Shown here piece by piece: positions 53,988-64,000 of a DNA stretch of 64,000 nucleotides. The notes under the pieces were generated by a model that was given only the letters and a program-made list of their open reading frames with translations, did no database searches and was not told the origin of the DNA. Origin of the DNA: Botryllus schlosseri. Lineage: Eukaryota. The position numbers were made by a program, and so were the translations under genes. Within the stretch, counting starts at the first letter, position 1; every line of letters begins with the position of its first letter. The stretch lies in contig CM119371.1 in assembly GCA_051294905.1 (NCBI GenBank), forward strand, positions 1,304,001 to 1,368,000, in the 5' to 3' direction.

Positions 53988-54784
53988 GTTATGAGCTACA
54001 TAATCACCGATTGTTTTCACACGGCTATGCACTGCATCCTTATTATTGATTCAAAATGGAGGAAGGAAATCATTCAATAATTCCAATTTTCCGTGGGCTT
54101 GAGCCAAGTTATTTACGTGGAAAATGGACATGGTAAATGCCTCAATTCGACTGGAGACACTTTGTGTATTGTACTCGTGGTTCGACCAACTCATATGACT
54201 CAAGGTATTCCATATGACTCGATTCAAGTGTCCCGTAACAAGTCGAGGAACTATTCGCGAGACAAAAGTTGGAGCAACGTATCATCAGGTAGCGAGCTCT
54301 AATATCCCTACTCTCCTTGATCGTTTTGCACCTTACGTTCCAAGAAATAAGACAGAAGTCTCAACACAAGCATGTGGGTTTTTCACAGACGCATAGAAAC
54401 GGCCTATGACGTCCCCGCAAGATCAATCTTCAGGATGAGATAGTCTTTCAGCTTTGATTAAAATTAGATTAGTGGCATTTCACTCACTTCTGCTGCTACA
54501 TACTGAAAGGTGTTGATAGAGAAAACCAACTTTAAGTATTAAGAAAGCAAAGTGATCTCTCTATAAATCAGCGATAACCTCTCTTTCCGTTTTTGTGGAT
54601 AGGATTCGCTCATGCCACTTTGCTAACACACAATCAAAATGGCAAATCCTGTTACCGGTGCAATATTTTATATGTCACATCACAATTGCAGGATGTGGCG
54701 TAGGTAAAATATTTTGGTATTGGGTAAAGTTCACAGAAGGCTTAACGTAAAATTTCCGTTTAAACTGGATGACACATTTCTTAC

Positions 54785-57700
54785 CACCTTGTAAGGTCTT
54801 CTGAGATAACTGAAATCTAACAAACCTGTCAGGTGTCGTTCTGGTGGCCTGAATCGGCCACACTACCGGTATTTGGTTTGCCATCTTTTTTCTTGAGTGG
54901 CCGAATCTTCACAAGATATTCTCTTGAAACGATATCTGTTGGGATCCGATTTAGTATCGGAACCATTTGAGAAGTCACCTTCGATTTCTTGCTTCCGTTC
55001 TGTGAGAAATTTCGCTGCTTACTGTTGTTTGATTTCAGGAGCTATCCTAGAAAAGGGGAATCGGTTGACATGACCGAGAAATACAGCCCACGTATCTGAT
55101 ATCTTAATAGATATATATAATCAGAAGTGGCCCCTAGGCTAATAGAGATGTCAATAGTGTAGAGCGGTGGTTCTCACAGCTTTTAAAGCGCCACCAAACT
55201 TGTGTTATTTTACATCTCAAGACCCGAGCCTCGCACATCGTAAAAATGCATTTCTGACACAAGTAAGCCTATGCAACGCTTTACGAGCACGTATGAATCA
55301 GAGAAGGTGCAGACAAAAAGACGATCAATATCAAAGTACCTGTACTTTTCCAGAGTACTCATGTAGATTTTGCCTACTTCCACTTCTGTTTAACCATATT
55401 TAAACGGAACCGCTTACTTTTTCAACTTTTGACGTAGTAAACTAGAAAGTCGTTTTGTGATAGATTCCCAAGACTTTTATGTGCACATTTACATGACGTT
55501 AAAGTAGCGTCTGTATCAAGGTCATCAAATATATTTTTAAAAATGGAACCAATTATTAAAAAAATATTTCTGGGCTCATTTTCAATTCATTAATTTGTAT
55601 TATCATGTCTGCCATTTAGCGACAAGCCAAATTACACAGCGACGTGCAATTTAGTTAGTACATTGAACGCTCTCGTATTTGACATTTCGTGCTGGTGACA
55701 TCATATTTTGTGCTACGATTGTTGATATACGCTGTTCTTTTGAATTCTCTACTAGTTGATGCCGATTACCCCTGACAAGTGTTAGCCGAATATATTCGTG
55801 TTCATTTCAATATGAATATACTATTCAATAGTTAGTTAATTGTATATTTAAAGGTCCTAGTTCTACTTCTAGTTTAGCATCTCAAAAATCATGTAGTTGC
55901 ACAAGTTTGATAATTTATTCAAGAAGTGGTTATAGTTTCTGCATCATTGGCTGAATGATGATCAATTGTTGTCAAGGAGGAGGAATGGCGGCAGAAAATT
56001 GAACAGATACTGATGAAAGTTTATGTAAGATATGACATCACAAATATCAACATCACTTGGAGTTTTACCTGTTTTCCAGTGACAATTCAACTATTGGCGT
56101 GTGATTGATCCCAAAATGTCGGGATTGACATTGAAACTTCTCAAAGCTTTCTAAGCGTGTTCGACTCTCTGTGTTTGAAGTTGATGAATGCGCATCAGAG
56201 CTAATTCTAACTCCATGTATGTTAAAATTCTTCAGATGTCGCATCAGTAGGGATTCCGTCATAATTAGACCATGTCGATCTTTGTATTGGAACAGGAGAA
56301 GCTCCTGAAAACATGTCATCGGTTTATCGAAACACTCATAGAGTAAACGTGTTAGCCAATAGCAAAGAAAAGCTATACGGTAGGGCTGTTCAAAAATGAC
56401 TTTTATTCCGGATTCCAGCCATTCACTGACTAAATTGTCATGTTACTCTAAAAAAAAAACGCTCCAAACCAAATTTGGTTAAATTCTAACAAGTATAAGC
56501 ATCTGCATATCCAATTAACATTTAAAATTTATTGGAAAAAATTGAAAAAAAAAATTCAAATTTTTCTGTCCACCCCATAAAATTGTTGGGTTGTCTTTAA
56601 AGACGATGCAAAACAAATTTGACTCAATTCCAACTAGTAGAAGCCGAGTTATGTGAATGTGAGTTTTTCATTGATATATCTCGGATTATTCTTGAATTGT
56701 GTAGATTTGACTCAATCTTTATTTGAAAAAAATCTAGTTATAATTCTAAATCTAGCATAATTTGAAAAAAGTATGTAGCTTTGAGCTATCATTCTTATTC
56801 CAATCTAATTTGGATGAGTTGAAAATGATTTAATTGTCTAAATCTGGCTGAGAGAACCCCTGGACTGACCGTGTTAACCCTGGTTGGGCCACTGCTTCAA
56901 GATAGCCTAATTAGAAAGCATGCTAATAGTTGTGATTGGGACATACCTTCAACTTTTTGACACTTCCTGGAAGATTGTCAGTACAAAGTCGAGTTGTACG
57001 ATCCATTTATCAGTTTGGCCCGTTTCACATTTTCAATTGTCACACGTTTCTTCCATTCTATTGCGTTGAGACGTTCAGTGGCTTGCGTTCCTACACAAAT
57101 CACAGGTGGTAATGTGATCAGCATTGCAATTTTTTACAAGTGTCAACCATAGGTGGCGACTTACAAAATAGCTTCACGCAGGGTTGTTATGACTCGATTT
57201 TTTGGTGACTCGACATGACTCGAGTCATTTTTTCAAATGACTCGACCAGAGTCAATTTTTGTAAGACTCGAATGACTCGAACCAAGTCACATGACTCAAG
57301 ACTGGGACGGCCAAGAAAGAAATTTCATTGTAACTTCGAAGAATAGTAAAGTCACCACATTATTGGTATGACGTCCATCAGTCCTGATACCTGGAAAATA
57401 TGGCCAGGAACTGTTAAGACTGAAGAAAAGTGAGATATTCTATATCACTCAAGCAGAGTTGAAAAAAGTGGGTTGAATCGGATTGAACTCAAAACTGAAC
57501 ATTGAACACAATTACTGTGTTTCCATGCAGTGCCGATGGACGACCAAAAGGCCATGACGCATGCATTGTGCATGTCGGCCGTGTTTCCATGACCAGACCT
57601 AATCCAACCGTGTCTTAGCCGAACAAGGCTGACATGTGCGTTTTTATCTCACTTCTTCACTATAAATTTCACACATCACAAGACTGCAATAAAATGACTC

Positions 57701-60700
57701 GGTAGAAAGGAGCAGATACGAATTGATTTGACCATTCAATCAAACAACCCATTTTGACCTGGAACATGTAGGTAGGCCGAAATCGGACATATAAACATAG
57801 CCCTGGGAATGAGTTTTGGAAGTTGCAACGCCTTGCATTTAAAGCTCGAAAGCCCGTCTTTTTGAAATGCCGATTCTATCTCCTATCCCCTCATTTGCAA
57901 TTCAGTATTTCGTAACACAGTATTATCAGTTGTTAGTTCGTTGTGTTTGAGTTAGTGAGGCATCTAATTTTCACAAGTTGTTAGTTCCAGAACAGTTATT
58001 CTGAAACGAGGGGGCGTGAAAGCATCTGCGAAGCTGCAGTCAAATGAAAAAAATGGTCGCACTCTGCGCGGTTTACCTCCAATTCATTATTATTGCTCCG
58101 TGTATAGGTCCGAATTTCATAGTAGAGGATTCTCACATCAGCAGTAATGATCAGGGCAATTATTTTTGACATGTCAAAAAAACTCAAAATTAGGTCAAAA
58201 CTGTCGCGTTAGGTCAAAAAATGTCACAATTTGTTTACAAAGTTTTAACTTTTTGCAACCAGCATTTCGTTCATATTGTAGATTTCGCACTGTCAGTAAA
58301 CTTTTCATTTGACATTTTACCGCTTGTAGCCTACTTTATAGGTCTACCGTTGTAGAAGGCCCATTGTCTAGTCATTGTGAATAATAAATTCAATTAATAC
58401 AAATAGGTCGCCATGATGTTATGCTCAACGTACGGCAATATCCCAACTAAAGCAAGACTGCGTGGGCATTGCATGGTTCTTATATCAACAAGGATTATAC
58501 TGCTACACATTTTATTTAATTCTACCATAATGCGTGATGTAACTACTGCAATTCTTCATAGGGCCAGATTTCAGTAAAATGAGTTTTTTCATGTAAAAAT
58601 TTGTGAGTTATTGAGGCGGAAAAGTATTGTCAGGCCAAACTACTCGGTCAGGACAGACAGTTCCAACCAGAAGTGAAGATAAGTAGTAGCCCATAGTTCT
58701 AATGTTATGTGGGAAAACACCTAATTTGCATATGTTACGTCGAATTTGATCAGAATTAGTATTTTTAGGTCAAAATCTACCATTTTTTTTGGTACAAAAA
58801 ACCAACCTAGTCAAAACCATCCATGTCATCAAACTCTCCGTTGGGACTGCCAGCATTCTGATTGCATTTGTAGTATGACAATAAGGGGGCGTGAAATTTT
58901 TCACTATCAAAAGGGGGGCATGCCAAAAAACTTTAATAACAGCCGTTTTAGATCTAATGGAAGTTGCAAATTTTGCGAAACGAGTACAGATTTTGGAAAT
59001 CCAGTAGTTTGTTAAAGTCTGGTTACGGTACCGGAATAGTGATTTGAAATTACGTTAGACATGAACGAGTCTACCAACGTTTTCCTTACCATTCAGTGAG
59101 TCGATACAATTGGCCACTTTGTCGAAGGCGAGGTCTTGAATTGGATGAGAGCATGTCCATTGTCGATGGTGGAATCGATGGCGATCTGAATGGAAGATGT
59201 CAAAAATGTGATAGCAACGTATTGAAATATATGAATATGTGTTGGAAATTAATGTACCATTGTACACACTTGATATCAAAAAAGAAGCATCATCGCGTTT
59301 CTCATTAAATTCAGCTTTTTGGTATTTTCTTTCTACTTCCCCACACTTGCGACAAACAAATTTTGAGTTCAGTTTGATGTTTGGATGACTGTTATAGAGT
59401 AGGGGTCGGCAACCTCTGGGGTCATAATCCCAAGCAGGGTCGTCGTAAATTTCCGTGGCATCGCCATGACTCAACATATCTATCACTGTTTCAATTCAAT
59501 AGTGAAAATAGGCTAATAGTTTGTTGTTCTTGATCTATGCTTAGTTTAGTTACCGCAAGTAGGCGTGCGGAACTAGCTCTCAACGGACGATGTTCAATCA
59601 GGTGGATTTCTGTCTGAAGCAGTCTTAAAATGGCCTTCACTTTATCATATTTTGTCGGTTGGTCGGACTGATACTGAGATGCCAACCGTTGAATATTGAG
59701 GCAAATCTATCCCTAGCGGCAAGTCTCAAGGTGTGATATACAAGCGTGTTTGTGAAAGCACAGCCTGTCGTAGTGGCCTGGCGGACAATGTTGAGATGAC
59801 TCGAGTCATGACTTGAGTCAAGTCATACTTGAGTCACCTTTTTCGTACGACTCGGCGTTTCAGAAATGCAGATTGACTCGTGACTCGAAGCAAAATTGAC
59901 GAGTCAATTTCAAGTCATCAAGAAATCGCTGTCGCTAAAAATCAATGTATACTAAAAAAATGTTTCTGATTGTTCTCGCTACGCTTCATTCAATGATTTT
60001 GCGTCTTACCGAACGTCCATTATTATATTACGAATACATTGACCGCTTACCGCCTTGCAGCGTACGTTGTCGGGTCGCAGTAGTAAAGTAATGTAACTAG
60101 GTATCTATCTCTGTTCTATAGACTGGTCATTGCTGCTAGGTGATCACTGTAACCAAATCTCCTGTATGATATAATATTCTAAATCGAATTTGAATATATT
60201 TGGTTCACAAGTTTATATTACTAGTCAAGCATTGTGTAGGCTAACTTTGTATTTCATGGATATGTTATTGGGTAATGTATCATATCAATTCAATTTCGCT
60301 ACCGGTATCTCAGGTTTTGTGTTCTATTCTCTATTTTGGCTATTAAATTAAAGACTGCAAATATAGAACAGTTACGTATTTTACCAGTACTGTGCATTCG
60401 GGAGCTATACAACGCATTTTTACATGTATATTTATCTCTATATTCATCCCTCGATTTAAAATAAATGTCGACTCAATCTGAATTTTGAACAGCTAGCAAA
60501 ATGCAATGTGATACTTTGTACTTTGAAAAGACAACTTGACTTGATTTGTGACTTAACTCGTGACTCGACTTGACTCGAGTGGAAATGTGCAATGAATCGA
60601 GATTACTTGTGACTCGAAGGTAGTGACTCGATCCCAGCACTGCTGGCGGAAGAGACTGACATGACATATTTTGCATCATTCACCAATGGCTCAGCAAGTA

Positions 60701-62281
60701 CATGATACTACAATAGAGTAGTGCAAGACACAGATGGATAGCTTCTCGCAGCAGAGAGGCAACTAGAATGGAACATGGCGGTATTGAAAAATAATTTATT
60801 TGCAGTCCCATTATGGTAGTTTACTGTAGAAAATGGTTGCAACCTAAAATTTTATCACAATTTCATGTTTAATTTGATACAACATCATTTTAGAGCGCAG
60901 TGACCCTTGAAAAGAATTTTTGGAATATTTTTGTACGACAACATTTCTCAATAACTGTTGCTTCAGCAATACTTGAAAAACATTTTTTGCGTATTGGAAA
61001 ACAAAATGAGGTCGCATGTAAATGCTGATTTTATTTTCGTTTTAATTGGGGTCGCCGATTAAGAAGCTGCCGACTGATGGTCTAGAGTAGGCCAGCCCCA
61101 CAATACTGACGATTTTTTTTTGCGAAAAAACTGCTAATAAACCAATGATATTGGACCGCACATACCTGGTCGTAAGAGATCTTCCCTGCCGAGGTAAAAT
61201 TCCTCTTGCCACCTTCCTCCTTGTTTTACTTCATCTGTTGATTTATCATCCTTTCACGTCTGCTCACAGCTTGATTAAGTCGAATCTCATTCCCATCCAA
61301 GTTGTTACCCTGTAATGGTAGTCACAAAGTCACACATATGTTTACAGACAGACTTGTACAATGGGGATGTTAAAAAAACGAATATTTTTCAAATTTCGTC
61401 GGCTTAATAGTCAAATAGTCAGGTTATATTTAAAAAAACGTTGCACACAAAATTTGACTCAATTCCAACCAGCAGATGCCGAGGTCATTCAAATTGAAAT
61501 TATGCTCGTCTTTACATAATAGTAGTCACGGACACGAATTTCGTCACACCGACACGACCAAAAAACGTGTTCCAGGTATGTCTGAAGAGGCACGGATGTC
61601 TTTTCAACTTGTTTTGATCTTGACAATGGCCTATGATGGAGTGTGGATGAAGACATCGCCAGTAAACGAATAAAAGATATGACACGGATTAGCTGGAATT
61701 TAGTCCAACATCATTGAAATAGACACGTTTAAACGATGGTGAGATAATTTTCAAATAGAGTAGGACTACTTTGTGCGCTGAAATTAAATGACCTGACGAT
61801 TTGACAACCAAGTCGATTAAATTTGAAAAAAAAAGTTTTTTTGAACACCCCCATCTTGCAGCCAATGCTAGCTCAGAATCATGACTACTAACAGCGTGAG
61901 GATGGCTTTTGAGCGTCAGAACTCCTATTTCAAGCTCGAAGCCGATTCTATCTCCAATACATCTAATTAATTCGTGATTCAGTAGTTTGTATTATCATCA
62001 GTTTATTAGTTAGTTGTGTTTTAGTTGGTACGGCATGGTATTTTCAAACGTTGTTAGTTATAGATCTGAATAAAGTTTGAAATTTTTGTGAAGTGAGTGC
62101 AAATCCAGTAGTTTGTACAAGTCTGGTTACGGTGCCGCAATAGTGGTTTAAAAGTAAGCATGGGCGTATCTACACACGTTTTTCAGCGAGTCGATACAAT
62201 TTGTCACTTCTTCAAAAGTGAAGTCTTGAATTGGACGAGAGCACATCCCTTGCACATGCCAATGGTGGAATTGATGGAGAC
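54785..62281 (-). pseudogene. RBM28: RBM28 (Nop4) unprocessed partial pseudogene, copy B (with internal duplication)
   Basis: Exons ~62181-62281 (VSINSTIGMCKGCALVQFKT), 61166-61309 (GNNLDGNEIRLNQAV), extra RNP1 exon 59090-59185, 56947-57090 (GTQATERLNAIEWKKR...TRLCTDNLP), 56069-56304 (ELLL...PIVELSLENR), 54785-55046 (IAPEIKQQ*AAKFLT). Stops and frameshifts; introns homologous to copy A. Confidence 0.88.
58151..58810. mobile_element. MITE, inverted relative of 53148-53987
   Basis: Reverse-complement similarity throughout (ggtcaaaa arrays, gggaaaacacctaatttgcata). Confidence 0.75.
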
Positions 62282-63106
62282 CTGAACACCAGATGTCAAA
62301 GTGACAGCAACATATTAAAATATACGAAAACGTGCTAGAAAACAATGAACATGTATCTGATCACCATACGTATAATGCATCTAACATCAAAAAGGAAGCA
62401 TCAAGTATCTCATTAAATTCGACTTTTTATATTTGCTTTCGACTTCCACGCACTTGCCGTTTACACACATTGAGTTCATTTTGATTTTTGGATGGCGATT
62501 TTGATTCACATAATTGGAATTTTTGGTCAACTTGACTTGAGTCGAGCAATTTTCTTGAAAAATGGAAAATGACTCGAGTCAACTTGAAACACTTTATGTG
62601 TGGTGTCACCTTGTAGGCCTACTACAGTCATTGCGCAAGTCTCAATGAAGTCATATGACTCAAACATTATATACAACTTGATTGAAGTCTCGTGTATCAG
62701 GATCAATACTTGACTCTGCGACTCGAGTCAAGACGAGTCAAGTCATGACTCGATTTATTACAAGCCTGAATGTAGCCACGGTATTGTCATAAAAGGATAT
62801 TGTTACGAAGATCTTGTCTATCCGCGTTCCTGTTGCTCATTATCAGTTACTCAAAAAGATGATTCTTGCCATTTTAAAAGCTAGTACTGGGAAATTATTA
62901 CCAAAAGCCTGCGTCTCATTCAGACAATCTATTTGGTGAAACAACTTATACTCAAGTACTCATCAGAACTTCTACTTTTGAATATTACTTCAAGTAGTTG
63001 TAACAAGTCTCAAATCACCCATAATTGATGAGAAATTAAGGGGTCGACTTCAGACTTCCTACCAAGTGTCGGAGATTTATCTAGGCTCCCCCTTGTCATA
63101 TCATCT

Positions 63107-63250
63107 GAGTAAGCAGTGTCTTATAAGAGCCCAGACGCGGGCCGTGCTACAAGTCGGCAGCTAAAGGATGGAAATGAAGAAAATTTGCCTGGTTTTAATG
63201 ACCATGGTAGTCAACAAACACCATGAACACCACAAACAACAACATAATTA
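63107..63250. repeat. Third copy of the 176-320 segment
   Basis: gtaagcagtgtcttataagagcc...caaacaccatgaacaccacaaacaac aligns with 176-315 and with 1343-1437/4800-4850. Confidence 0.8.
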
Positions 63251-63380
63251 CTTCTACTTCCACCACAAGATAGTGCAAGGCTTAGAGCTAGAGCTAGAAA
63301 CTGTGTTTACCTATAGTCATACACATGTTAGGAGTGAAAAGAATGAGTATATCATGGTTTTTACTGGTGCTGCCAACAAC

Positions 63381-63947
63381 CAGTGTTGGGATGACTCGAG
63401 TCACTTTTTTCGTATGACTTGACTTGACTTGGCGTGTCAGAAATGTGGTTTGACTCGTGACTCGGAGAAAATGTTCCGAGTCAATTTCAAGTCATCAAGT
63501 AACAGTGTCGATAAAAATGGCTGATCTCGCATATATTCGAATTGTTCTCGATACGCTGGTGTGACATGTAAGAGTGAGCAATCACTATTTTGAATGATAA
63601 GTATAGATTGAGGCTATGCGGTTATTTGAGTACTTTATCAGTTCTACGCATGCGTGGGCGATACGAAGCCTTTTTTTACATGTATTTTAAACTTGGTATA
63701 GTCGTCCCACGGTTCCAAACAAATGGCAACTTCCAAACAGCTCCCGGTATTAAAATGCGATGACGCGATCATGCTTCGTACTTCAAAAAATCAACTTGAA
63801 TTGAACTATGACTTGACTCGTGACTTGACTCGACTCGACTTAACTTGAGCCACCTTTAAAAATAGGATGACTTGACTCGACTCGAGTCAAATGTCAATGA
63901 CTTGAAATGACTCGTGACTCGAAGGTAGTGACCTGGTTCAAACACTG
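63381..63947. mobile_element. hAT-type GACTCGAGTC MITE
   Basis: CAGTGTT...AACACTG; TSD ccaacaac/ccgacaac (7/8). Confidence 0.85.
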
Positions 63948-64000
63948 CCGACAACACGCCACTATTCGTATATGAAATCATGGATTTGCCAAAATAATAT

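Noticed and set aside
59055..59486. 143-aa ORF as a real gene
   Set aside because: It reads through a MITE end, an unidentified exon relic, intron sequence and a frameshifted RBM28 exon.
59600..59712. Ubiquitin-like domain or RBM28 last exon
   Set aside because: The resemblance needs frameshifts that differ between paralogues, and the RBM28 C-terminal motif is better matched at ~34810-34850.

Overview
This is repeat-saturated, AT-rich animal nuclear DNA, probably from an invertebrate; the species cannot be determined. No intact protein-coding gene is supported, and there is no rRNA, true tRNA or CRISPR array. The first ~34 kb is mostly transposon debris. It holds many hAT-type MITEs with 8-bp TSDs (often nested), a decayed hAT transposase, a Chapaev-3-like transposase relic, two LINE fragments, tRNA-derived SINEs and a ~6 kb tandem segmental duplication. 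It also holds an LTR element with unusual TT...AA termini and a tRNA-Trp PBS, which has a matching solo LTR at 44.7 kb. From ~34.8 to 62.5 kb lies a minus-strand array of intron-containing, disabled copies of the 3' half of RBM28 (Nop4 orthologue; RRM3-RRM4-C-terminus), interleaved with exon-like pieces of unidentified genes. The most unusual structural signal is a pair of ~3.2 kb non-autonomous DNA elements (14582-17796, 39924-43143). Their interiors are unrelated, but they share asymmetric termini (CAGYAGGGGT at one end, GAGAC at the other), exact 8-bp TSDs and long repeat-built subterminal inverted arms. All alignments and translations were done by eye, and family assignments come from remembered motifs, not database searches.
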